DNA from: an uncultured Flavobacteriaceae bacterium
GTDB lineage: Bacteria; Bacteroidota; Bacteroidia; Flavobacteriales; Flavobacteriaceae
Direction of reading: 5' to 3'
Assembly (NCBI GenBank): GCA_964407635.1
Contig: CAYOWM010000001.1
Coordinates: forward strand, 1 to 27,611
Length of the DNA: 27,611 nucleotides
Position numbers and translations under genes: made by a program. Under the pieces are notes generated by a model that worked only from the letters and a program-made list of their open reading frames with translations, was not told the DNA's origin and made no database searches. Positions 1-8,672 of the stretch are shown in pieces; positions within the stretch are counted from its first letter, which is position 1, and every line of letters starts with the position of its first letter.

Positions 1-62
1 TAATAGTAAAATTAACATTAGATAATGGTAAAGTAATTTCAAAGAAAATAATTAAAAAATAA
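1..62 (+). CDS. 3' end (partial) of a protein with a T9SS type A C-terminal sorting domain
   Basis: Manual translation from nt 3 gives IVKLTLDNGKVISKKIIKK*, a typical T9SS CTD ending; stop TAA at 60-62, followed by two more in-frame TAA. Not in the ORF track because it is truncated by the window edge. Confidence 0.75.
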   Translation, partial: IVKLTLDNGKVISKKIIKK

Positions 63-122
63 TAATAACCCTAAATTTAGACAATTCACAACACTATCGG
101 GATATTACAAACACTCTTATTA

Positions 123-170
123 CCATAAATTCGAAAAGGTTTTACTACGAAAAATTTTACGAATTTATGG
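123..170 (+). terminator. Imperfect long hairpin downstream of the T9SS cargo gene; possible terminator or stabilising stem
   Basis: CCATAAATTCG (123-133) is the exact reverse complement of CGAATTTATGG (160-170), with partial inner pairing. Only CTTT follows, so the U-tract is weak. Confidence 0.4.
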
Positions 171-218
171 CTTTAATAAAAAAGATAGTAACATCTAACT
201 AAACACAGCAATATTCCG

Positions 219-226
219 TAATTTTG
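219..226 (+). promoter_or_regulatory. Bacteroidota -7 promoter element (TAATTTTG)
   Basis: Exact TAnnTTTG match ending 5 nt before the ATG at 231. Confidence 0.55.
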
Positions 227-230
227 CCAA

Positions 231-1319
231 ATGCAATTTAAGGAAATTAAAATAGCCGATTTAAAAGAATTTTTAAATTCCGAATTATATTTACACAGTA
301 AAAATATACCAATAACTAAACAACGTGCCTTATCACAATTTGCAAATCCTCGTGCAGATAAAGATGCAATTGCTTTATTTATTGCCATAAACAACGATAA
401 TGAAATTATTGGTTTTATAGGTGCATTGCCTGAAAAAATATCAAATATATCGGCAAAATTAACTTGGAATTCGTGTTGGTGGATTGATCCTAACAACGGA
501 AAACAAGTTGCTATACCTTTATTTTTAACTTTTTTAAAAAACTGGAATAACTTAGTAATGTTTAGAGATTTAACCGATAAAACGGAACAAATTATATTTC
601 GATTAAACCGATTTAAAAAAGTTAAAAAATTAACTGGTTATAAATATTTTTTACGATTAAAGACTACTGAAATTCTTATTAACAGAAATAAAAATTTCAA
701 CTATATAAAACCCGTTTTACAATTTGTCGATTTTATTTTCAATAAAGGTTTTTCTTTGAAAAATAAATCGTTTTTAAGACCAAAAAATATACTTTTTACA
801 GCAAATAAAATTGATAAAATTGATGAGGAAAGCGAAAAATTTATCCTTCAAAATAATAAAAACGAACTTTTTAAACGCTCAAAAAAAGAGCTAAATTGGA
901 TTCTTAAGCAACCGTGGATTTGTAGTAAAAGCCATAAAAAACCGAATCAGTTTTACTATTTTAGCGATGTTTCGGCAGTTTTTAAAAATTATGTGTATAA
1001 AATTTACAGTGATAAAACCTTGGTTGCTGTGCTTTTTTTAACCAACAATAATGGTTTGGTAAAAGTGCCTTACGCTTATTTTTTAAACGGAAAAGAATCG
1101 GTTGTTCTCGCCTTTTTATACCAGTTTTTATTGCAAGAAAAAGCAACTTCGTTTTTTGTAATTAATCCAAAATTACAGACTGCAATCGAGCAAAATGAAA
1201 ATCCGTTTTGGTACAAAAAAGTGATACAAAAGGATTTTGTAGTGTCAAAAAAATTAGCAGCTTTATTACCTGAAAAATTTACTTTTCAAGATGGTGAAGG
1301 CGATTTTGTGTTTACTTAA
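231..1319 (+). CDS. Hypothetical protein, probable GNAT-fold acyl/aminoacyl-transferase-like, associated with a polysaccharide locus
   Basis: 362-aa ORF. The segment IIGFIGALP...TWNSCWWIDP resembles GNAT beta4-beta5 strands. It lies directly upstream of a GT4 gene. Confidence 0.55.
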   Translation: MQFKEIKIADLKEFLNSELYLHSKNIPITKQRALSQFANPRADKDAIALFIAINNDNEIIGFIGALPEKISNISAKLTWNSCWWIDPNNGKQVAIPLFLTFLKNWNNLVMFRDLTDKTEQIIFRLNRFKKVKKLTGYKYFLRLKTTEILINRNKNFNYIKPVLQFVDFIFNKGFSLKNKSFLRPKNILFTANKIDKIDEESEKFILQNNKNELFKRSKKELNWILKQPWICSKSHKKPNQFYYFSDVSAVFKNYVYKIYSDKTLVAVLFLTNNNGLVKVPYAYFLNGKESVVLAFLYQFLLQEKATSFFVINPKLQTAIEQNENPFWYKKVIQKDFVVSKKLAALLPEKFTFQDGEGDFVFT

Positions 1320-1343
1320 TTTTAATTCATTACCTTTATCGCA

Positions 1344-2492
1344 ATGAAAAAAACAAATGTACTTTTTCTAAATTCTTGGTATCCAAACAAGATAAAAAAA
1401 CACAACGGAAAATTTATACGAGAACACGCAAAATCGGTTTCAAAATTTTGTACCGTTACCTGTTTACAAGTACAAGGAGTTTCTGAACAAAAAGACATCT
1501 TTATTGTTGATAAAACATTAAATAACAATATTTTAGAGATAACCATTTATTACAAAAAACCAAATAAATTTAATGTCTTAAAAAAGAAAAAACGCCAACA
1601 TAAAGCGTTTAAATTGGGTTTTGAACAACTAAAAAACAACGTAGATATTGTACATTTAAACGTTATTTTTCCTGCTGGTTTTTTTGCTTTATATCTTAAA
1701 AAAAAATACGGTATTCCGTTTATACTAACCGAACATAATACTGCTTTTTTAAAAGAGGACACTACTAACTTTTCGTTTATTCAAAAAAAAATAATTACAC
1801 GTATTGCCAATAAAGCAAGTGCTTTGTGTCCTGTTTCAACACAGCTACAAAATGCCATGCAAGATTTTGGTATTATTGGTAATTATCATGTAATTCCGAA
1901 TGTAATTGATACTAGTATTTTTACATTTAAACCAAAATCGGTTTCTAATAAAGTTCGGTTTTTACATGTTTCGACATTAAACAACTCGCATAAAAATTAT
2001 AAAGGTATCTTACGTGCTTTTAAACATCTTGCCGATAAAAATACCAATTTTATTTTGACTTTTATGTCTAGTGCAAACATGCAAGAGGCAAAAAAATATG
2101 CTTCAGATATTGGCTTACCAAAAGATACCATACAATTTGTACCAAATAAAACAGCACTTGATGTTGCTACTGCTATGCAAAATAACGATGTGTTTGTTTT
2201 GTTTAGCAATTTTGAAACTTTTTCGCTAGTAGTTGCTGAATCCTTATGTTGTGGTACACCTGTAATTGCTACTAAAGTTGGCATTATTCCTGAAATAATA
2301 AATAAAGATAATGGCTTATTAGTTAGCGTTAGTGATGAAAATATGTTATTTAACAACCTACTTAAAATGCTTAAAAACTACAAATTATACAACAATCAAA
2401 ACATTTCAGATACTGCTATTGCTATGTATAATTATAAAGCGGTTGGTTTAAAATATGTTTCCCTTTATAAGGCAATCAAAAACAAACTATAA
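1344..2492 (+). CDS. Glycosyltransferase family 4 (GT-B fold)
   Basis: 382 aa with TEH motif, IPNVID, and the C-terminal FSNFETFSLVVAESLCCGTPVIAT (EX7E-type) signature. Confidence 0.92.
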   Translation: MKKTNVLFLNSWYPNKIKKHNGKFIREHAKSVSKFCTVTCLQVQGVSEQKDIFIVDKTLNNNILEITIYYKKPNKFNVLKKKKRQHKAFKLGFEQLKNNVDIVHLNVIFPAGFFALYLKKKYGIPFILTEHNTAFLKEDTTNFSFIQKKIITRIANKASALCPVSTQLQNAMQDFGIIGNYHVIPNVIDTSIFTFKPKSVSNKVRFLHVSTLNNSHKNYKGILRAFKHLADKNTNFILTFMSSANMQEAKKYASDIGLPKDTIQFVPNKTALDVATAMQNNDVFVLFSNFETFSLVVAESLCCGTPVIATKVGIIPEIINKDNGLLVSVSDENMLFNNLLKMLKNYKLYNNQNISDTAIAMYNYKAVGLKYVSLYKAIKNKL

Positions 2493-3752
2493 ATCTGTTT
2501 TTGTTTTACTATAATAATAAAAGAAAATAAGCAAACTTAAAATACTAGTAAACCACATAATTATTGCCGAAGTAATTGCTGCTCCTTTAATACCATATTT
2601 AGGAATGAAATAATAATTAGAAACAAAATTCACCAACAAAGCCAACAAACCAATATAAAAGTTAGCACTTGCCTTACCAATTGAGGATAATAAATTACCA
2701 AACAAAGTTCGCAAAATTAAAATTCCTGAAATTCCTAGCATTAAAATCAAAAAGGTATCGGTAAAATTTCCATACTCTTTACCAAACAAAAATAGCAATC
2801 CTATTTTACCCAAAAAGTAAGCACCAATTAACAATAAAAAACTAACACCACTAAAAATTAAAATATAACTTTTTATATAATTTAGTATGTATTTTCTATC
2901 GGAAATACGTTCGGTAAAATACACAAAATCTGCTGTCATTAAAACTTTTGGCAAGAACAACAAACTAAACGGAATTAACGTTATATACTTATAATACGTA
3001 TTTTCTATCGGATTTTCAAGTAAATTACCTATTAATATAGTATCAATTTCAAATAAAAATAACGGAACAACATTTGCTAATCCTGCAAAAAAACCATACT
3101 TCCAAAATTCAAAATTTATAAAATTGAAACGCTCTTTTTTAGTAAAATTAACTTTAATTTTAAATATAAAAATTAAAAACGTTAGTAAAGGAGTTGCGAT
3201 AATTGCAATAATATATCCTATTTCACTATAAAAATAACTCAATATGCTTACAAGACTAACAAATAAAAGCGAATAGGTAATTTCTAAATACGCATACATT
3301 TTATTTTTGTAATGCAATCGCAAATAAATTTTAATCAAAGCTAGTAAAAAATGAAATAAAACACTAAAAACAAGTATTTTAAAATAAAAAGAACTTTTTT
3401 CGTATTTAAATGGATAATAATTGCTTAAAAATAAAAGTAGGCTAACCAAAATAATCGTTATCCAAAATCCTTTTTTTAGAACATACATAAAAAGTCCTTC
3501 AACTTGTGCTTTTTGTTTGAGTAAAGCACCATATCTAACTAAACTTTGTTGCACTCCTAATCCTGCCATAGGTATTAAAAAAGAAACAAAACTAAAGGTA
3601 TAAATTACCACACCTAATTCCTCTTTTACTATAAAATGCAGTGCAATTAAGTATGCCAAAAAATTACTAATTCGTGCAATAACTATTGCTACAAAAATAA
3701 TACTTCCTGAACGTTGAAAAAATCCGTTAAGCAGTTTTTTAATACTATTCAA
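2487..3752 (-). CDS. Wzx-type oligosaccharide flippase (MOP superfamily)
   Basis: Highly hydrophobic multi-pass protein with the C-terminal FIPKYGIKGAAIT motif typical of Wzx/Polysacc_synt proteins. The ORF-track start (3773) lies inside the -7 promoter motif, so I prefer the in-frame TTG at 3752 (MNSIKKLL...). Confidence 0.85.
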   Translation of the reverse strand: MNSIKKLLNGFFQRSGSIIFVAIVIARISNFLAYLIALHFIVKEELGVVIYTFSFVSFLIPMAGLGVQQSLVRYGALLKQKAQVEGLFMYVLKKGFWITIILVSLLLFLSNYYPFKYEKSSFYFKILVFSVLFHFLLALIKIYLRLHYKNKMYAYLEITYSLLFVSLVSILSYFYSEIGYIIAIIATPLLTFLIFIFKIKVNFTKKERFNFINFEFWKYGFFAGLANVVPLFLFEIDTILIGNLLENPIENTYYKYITLIPFSLLFLPKVLMTADFVYFTERISDRKYILNYIKSYILIFSGVSFLLLIGAYFLGKIGLLFLFGKEYGNFTDTFLILMLGISGILILRTLFGNLLSSIGKASANFYIGLLALLVNFVSNYYFIPKYGIKGAAITSAIIMWFTSILSLLIFFYYYSKTKTDL

Positions 3753-3770
3753 ATGTTCTAAATTAAAAAA

Positions 3771-3778
3771 CAAATATA
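3771..3778 (-). promoter_or_regulatory. -7 promoter element (TATATTTG) for wzx
   Basis: Plus-strand caaatata; exact TAnnTTTG on the minus strand. Confidence 0.55.
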
Positions 3779-3841
3779 AGCAATACTACTTTTTATCTAG
3801 TAAAAAAGAAACAAATAATTAAAGATTAAAATATTGCTCAC

Positions 3842-3849
3842 TATATTTG
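3842..3849 (+). promoter_or_regulatory. -7 promoter element (TATATTTG) for asnB and probably the downstream genes
   Basis: Exact TAnnTTTG match 19 nt upstream of the ATG at 3869. Confidence 0.6.
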
Positions 3850-3868
3850 CACAAAACCGATAACCATT

Positions 3869-5761
3869 ATGTGCGGAATTTCTGGCATACTAAATTTTAC
3901 CAAAAATACACCTATTAGCAATGCTTTGCAAAATATGGCAACTAGTATGTTTCACCGAGGTCCTGATGATGAAGGCTATATGTTATTCAATAAAGATGTT
4001 ATTTCCCTTTACGGAAACGATTCCGTTATCAAAAACACCAAGCATATTGAAACGAGCTTTAGCCAAAAATACAAATTAGGCTTTGCTTTTAGACAATTAA
4101 AAATAATTGATTTATCGCAAAATAGCCATCAACCAATGAGTGATATTTCTAAAAAATACCACATTGTTTTTAATGGCGAAATATATAATTACAAAGAAAT
4201 AAAACGAGAATTAATTGGCTTAGGACATTCTTTTTTTTCTAATTCAGACACTGAAGTTATTTTAAACGCTTACAAACAATGGCAAACAAAAGCATTAGAA
4301 AAATTTAACGGAATGTTTGCTTTTGCCATTTACGATATAGCTAAAAATGAAGTCTTTATCGCTAGAGATAGAATGGGAATTAAACCCTTATATTTTTATA
4401 AAAATAGCGAACAATTTATTTTTTCAAGTACCATAAAAGCAATTGTAGATTCCAAAATATACAAAGCAAAAATAAATTACGAAGGCTTATGGCAGAATTT
4501 TAAATTTTCCATAGCACAAAGACCAATTACTAGTTTTCAAGGGATTGTAGCTTTAGAACCTGCTCATTATCTTAAAATAAATTTGAATAATAATAGCATT
4601 GTAAAACAACAATATTGGCAAATACCAACCAATACACAAGATACATCGCTTAGCTTAAAAGATAGCATAAACCGTGTCGAAGAAGCGCTTTATAACGCCG
4701 TAAAATATCGCTTAATTGCCGATGTAGAAGTTGGCTCTTTTATGAGTGGTGGTGTGGATTCTACTAGCATCTCTGTTATTGCATCTAAAATAAACCCAAA
4801 TAGTAAAGCACTTACTCTTGGTTTTAAAGAATATGCAGCATTTAACGAAGTAAATCAAGCAAAAGACACCGCAAAATTACACAACATACAGCATAGTATT
4901 CAGAATATTGGTTTAGAGGAAGTGTTGCAAAATATAAAAAATATCACTACTGTTTACGACGAGCCATATCGTGGATTATCGGCAAATTATATGCTAGGAA
5001 AAATGGCTTCGGAAAACCATTTAAAAGTAGTTTTAAGCGGACTCGGAGCAGACGAATTATTTGGAGGTTACGATGTTTTTAAAAAAATTAGAGCATGGCA
5101 AATACTACAAAAAACAAATCCTCTTGCTAGATTAATTCCGAATATACATCCGAAAATTAACAAATTAAAACAACTGGCAAAATATAAAAATATCGGACAA
5201 TTTTACGCACATTATTATACTTTATATAACGATTCAGAATTAGAAAATTTATTTCTATCCGAAACTTTCAACACAACAGATACCATAACAAAAACCTATT
5301 ATAAAAATCAAAAATTTACCGATGATTTTGAGGCGATAAGTTATTATAATTTAAAATCTTATATAAGCAATCACCAATTAAGAGCCATTGATTTATCTAC
5401 TATGCACTTTTCTGTAGAAGGTAGGATTCCGATGTTAGACCACAATTTTATAGAAATGGCTTATACAATTCCTACAAAATACAAAATTAAAAATGGTGTA
5501 CAAAAATTTATTTTTAAAGAAGTTGCAAAAAAACACATTGCTCCTAGCTGCATAAACATGCAAAAAAAAGGCTTAAATCTACCTCTAAAAAATTGGATGC
5601 AAACCGAACTAAAAGAATTTGTAATGGATACAATACACTCGTTAGTTAGCCGAAATGTTTTCAATAATTTGGAAATTGATCGCATTCTAAACAAACAAGA
5701 CACCAATAAAATTTGGCAACTAGTATCTACCGAATTGTGGTTTCAGAAATTTTTTGATTAA
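3869..5761 (+). CDS. asnB: Asparagine synthase (glutamine-hydrolysing) family amidotransferase; probably glycan-amidating given its context
   Basis: N-terminal MCGISG (class II Ntn GATase Cys), HRGPD, FNGEIYN, RDRMGIKPLY, SGGVDS PP-loop and SGLGADELFGGY. Confidence 0.92.
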   Translation: MCGISGILNFTKNTPISNALQNMATSMFHRGPDDEGYMLFNKDVISLYGNDSVIKNTKHIETSFSQKYKLGFAFRQLKIIDLSQNSHQPMSDISKKYHIVFNGEIYNYKEIKRELIGLGHSFFSNSDTEVILNAYKQWQTKALEKFNGMFAFAIYDIAKNEVFIARDRMGIKPLYFYKNSEQFIFSSTIKAIVDSKIYKAKINYEGLWQNFKFSIAQRPITSFQGIVALEPAHYLKINLNNNSIVKQQYWQIPTNTQDTSLSLKDSINRVEEALYNAVKYRLIADVEVGSFMSGGVDSTSISVIASKINPNSKALTLGFKEYAAFNEVNQAKDTAKLHNIQHSIQNIGLEEVLQNIKNITTVYDEPYRGLSANYMLGKMASENHLKVVLSGLGADELFGGYDVFKKIRAWQILQKTNPLARLIPNIHPKINKLKQLAKYKNIGQFYAHYYTLYNDSELENLFLSETFNTTDTITKTYYKNQKFTDDFEAISYYNLKSYISNHQLRAIDLSTMHFSVEGRIPMLDHNFIEMAYTIPTKYKIKNGVQKFIFKEVAKKHIAPSCINMQKKGLNLPLKNWMQTELKEFVMDTIHSLVSRNVFNNLEIDRILNKQDTNKIWQLVSTELWFQKFFD

Positions 5762-5776
5762 TTTATTCTAACTAAA

Positions 5777-6565
5777 ATGTCTCAACTAAAACGATATTAC
5801 TATTTAATAAATATGCAATTTTTAGGATTCCGTTTTCACGGTTTTCAAAAACAACCTGATGTAAAAACCGTACAAGGTTTAATTGAAAAAACACTAAAAT
5901 TTGTGCTTGGAAAAAACAAAGCCAAAGTACTTGGTGCTGGTAGAACCGATGCGAGAGTATCGGCAAATGTTTTTCCGATGGAATTATTTTTATACGACGA
6001 AATTACCGATTTTAACCAATTTATGTTAGACTTTAACCATAATTTACCAAACGACATTAAAGCCTTATCTATTAAAGAAGTTGATGAAAAATTTAACGTA
6101 ATAAACGATTCAAAAGTAAAAGAATACTTATATTTTTTTTCTTACGGAAGTAAATTTCATCCGTTTGCGGCTCCGATAATTACTTGTTTTTACGAGGATT
6201 TAGATTTAGAATTAATGCAAAAAGGAGCAAAATTATTTCAAGGAAAACACTGGTTTAAACATTATTGCACCAAACCAAGCGAGTTTGCAAATTATAACCG
6301 AGAAATACTAGTTAGTGAAATTGTTGAAAATGATATCTATTCTGCTAATTTTTTTCCTAAAAAATCGTATGTTTATCGCATAAAAAGTAAAGGATTTTTA
6401 CGAAACCAAGTCCGTTTAATTATGGGAACACTATTTAGATTAGGAAAAGGCGAAATTAATATAGATTTTATACAAAAATCTCTTGTTGAACACAGTATTG
6501 AAAAACCCTTACCATTCGTTGCTCCTGCATCTGGATTACTATTAAACGACGTAACATACAAATAA
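5777..6565 (+). CDS. truA: tRNA pseudouridine(38-40) synthase TruA family
   Basis: QFLGFRFHGFQKQ, GRTD catalytic Asp motif, GFLRNQVRLIMGTL, APASGLLL. Confidence 0.9.
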   Translation: MSQLKRYYYLINMQFLGFRFHGFQKQPDVKTVQGLIEKTLKFVLGKNKAKVLGAGRTDARVSANVFPMELFLYDEITDFNQFMLDFNHNLPNDIKALSIKEVDEKFNVINDSKVKEYLYFFSYGSKFHPFAAPIITCFYEDLDLELMQKGAKLFQGKHWFKHYCTKPSEFANYNREILVSEIVENDIYSANFFPKKSYVYRIKSKGFLRNQVRLIMGTLFRLGKGEINIDFIQKSLVEHSIEKPLPFVAPASGLLLNDVTYK

Positions 6566-6909
6566 TGACAAAAGAAGAAACTCTAAAAGAAAAATGGCAA
6601 GAAATACAACAAAAAATTTCCGACCGCTTTGGCGATGGCGAAACGCTTGAAGTTGATGCAATTGTCTATTTAATTGGCGTACAAGAACTCGGTCAAGGAT
6701 ACCGAAAATTCAAAAAAGACGAAAAAATAAACTTAATGCATATTGCCGTTTGTAAATTATTAGAACCATACGGATACTACGAATTTGAATATTTTGATGA
6801 AGATGGTTGGCCTCACTACAACCTTAACGAAGAACTACCAAGCCTAAAAGCAGGAGAACAAACTGTACTCTTAAAACAAGCAATTATTAACTATTTTGAA
6901 AATTTTTAA
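6565..6909 (+). CDS. Small acidic hypothetical protein of a type I recall as common in Bacteroidota
   Basis: 114-aa ORF coupled to truA by a TAATG overlap; natural-looking composition (LIGVQELG, EPYGYY, DGWPH). Confidence 0.7.
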   Translation: MTKEETLKEKWQEIQQKISDRFGDGETLEVDAIVYLIGVQELGQGYRKFKKDEKINLMHIAVCKLLEPYGYYEFEYFDEDGWPHYNLNEELPSLKAGEQTVLLKQAIINYFENF

Positions 6910-6920
6910 ACTCCTATTTT

Positions 6921-8147
6921 ATGCAAATTTGTGATACTGCAAACAACCTAACTTCTGTTAAAAAAGCCTGTGAAATAATTCTAAACCAAACCGAAAATTT
7001 CGGAACAGAACAAGTGAATTTTCAAGATGCCTTACATCGTGTTTTAAAAGAAAATATTGTTGCAGACAGAGATTTCCCACCATTTAACAGAGTAAGTATG
7101 GATGGGATTGCCATAAAATATTCGGAGTTTGAAAAAGGAAAAACTCAATTTAAAATTGAAGGAATTCAAGCTGCTGGTTCGCCACAATTAAGTATAAAAA
7201 ATACTGAAAATTGTATAGAAACGATGACAGGTGCGGTCTTACCAAAAGGCTTAGACACCGTTATTCCTTACGAATTGATTAAAATAAACAATGATATTGC
7301 AACCTTGCAAACCGAAAAAATTAAGTATTTCCAAAACATCCATAAACAAGGCAAAGACCGAAAAAAAGATGCTGTAATTTTAACAAAAAACACCACAATT
7401 AGTGCTGCTGATATTGGTGTTTTAGCAACCGTAGGAAAATTTACTGTAAAGGTAGCGAAAAACCCTAAAGTAATTATTATTTCTACAGGTGATGAATTAG
7501 TAGATGTGAATCAAAATCCGTTAGCACATCAAATAAGACGTTCGAATGTATATACACTAATTTCCCTAATGGAAAGACTTAAAATTAAAGCCAAAACCAT
7601 TCATATAAATGATAACAAAGAAAAATTACATCAAATAATTGGCGATTTATTACAAAAATACGACGTTTTGCTATTTAGCGGAGCGGTAAGCAAAGGTAAA
7701 TTTGATTTTATCCCTGAAGTTTTAGCTAGTTTAGGAGTGCAAAAATTATTTCATCGCGTAAGCCAAAGACCTGGAAAACCGTTTTGGTTTGGTAAAAAAG
7801 ACACTAAAACTATTTTTGCTTTTCCTGGAAATCCTGTTTCTACATTTGTAAGTTGTTTGCGATATTTTTATCCTTGGTATAAAAAATCCATACAAATAGA
7901 ATATACCAATAATAATTTTGCCGTTTTAGACCAAGATTACATTTTTAAACCAGATTTAACCTATTTTTTACAAGTAAAACTACAAAATAAAAACGGAACA
8001 ACTTATGCAACACCCATTACTGGAAACGGTTCTGGAGACCTTGCAAATCTAGTAGATGCAGATGCCTTTTTAGAATTACCAAAAGGAAAAAATAGCTTTA
8101 AAAAAGGCGAATATTTTAACTATATTAGCTTTAGAGAAAACCACTAA
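6921..8147 (+). CDS. moeA: Molybdopterin molybdotransferase MoeA
   Basis: PPFNRVSMDGIA, TMTGAVLP, ISTGDELV, SGAVSKG, QRPGKP, FPGNPVS. Confidence 0.93.
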   Translation: MQICDTANNLTSVKKACEIILNQTENFGTEQVNFQDALHRVLKENIVADRDFPPFNRVSMDGIAIKYSEFEKGKTQFKIEGIQAAGSPQLSIKNTENCIETMTGAVLPKGLDTVIPYELIKINNDIATLQTEKIKYFQNIHKQGKDRKKDAVILTKNTTISAADIGVLATVGKFTVKVAKNPKVIIISTGDELVDVNQNPLAHQIRRSNVYTLISLMERLKIKAKTIHINDNKEKLHQIIGDLLQKYDVLLFSGAVSKGKFDFIPEVLASLGVQKLFHRVSQRPGKPFWFGKKDTKTIFAFPGNPVSTFVSCLRYFYPWYKKSIQIEYTNNNFAVLDQDYIFKPDLTYFLQVKLQNKNGTTYATPITGNGSGDLANLVDADAFLELPKGKNSFKKGEYFNYISFRENH

Positions 8148-8150
8148 ATT

Positions 8151-8624
8151 ATGGCTGATTTTACACATATAAATCCAAAAAACCAACCAAAAATGGTAGA
8201 TGTTAGTGATAAAAACATCACAAAACGAACTGCCATTGCTAAAACAGAAATGTTTTTAGGAACAGAAATTATTTCAAATTTTAATAAAAACGAATTATTT
8301 ACCAAAAAAGGACCAGTCTTTCAAACCGCAATTGTAGCAGGAATTCAAGCGGTTAAAAAAACAGCAGAATTAATTCCGATGTGCCATCCGTTATTGATAA
8401 ATGGTGTAGATATTGATATAAATATTACCAATTCGGAAAATATTGAAATACTATGTAAAGTAACCATAACAGGTAAAACTGGCGTAGAAATGGAAGCTTT
8501 AACAGGTGCAAGTATCACAGCATTAACTATTTACGATATGTGCAAAAGTATATCGCAAAGTATGGTAATTAAAGAAACAAAACTCCTAAAAAAAACAGGA
8601 GGGAAAAGCGATATAATTCCATAA
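8151..8624 (+). CDS. moaC: Cyclic pyranopterin monophosphate synthase MoaC
   Basis: KMVDVSDK, LIPMCHP, TGVEMEALTG, IYDMCK. Confidence 0.95.
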   Translation: MADFTHINPKNQPKMVDVSDKNITKRTAIAKTEMFLGTEIISNFNKNELFTKKGPVFQTAIVAGIQAVKKTAELIPMCHPLLINGVDIDINITNSENIEILCKVTITGKTGVEMEALTGASITALTIYDMCKSISQSMVIKETKLLKKTGGKSDIIP

Positions 8625-8648
8625 AAAAAGCACCTAAATGGTGCTTTT
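8623..8648. terminator. Bidirectional intrinsic terminator between convergent moaC and sucB
   Basis: AAAAGCACC-TAAAT-GGTGCTTTT perfect stem with A/T tracts on both sides. Confidence 0.75.
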
Positions 8649-8672
8649 ATAAAATATAATGTTAGGTTTAAA

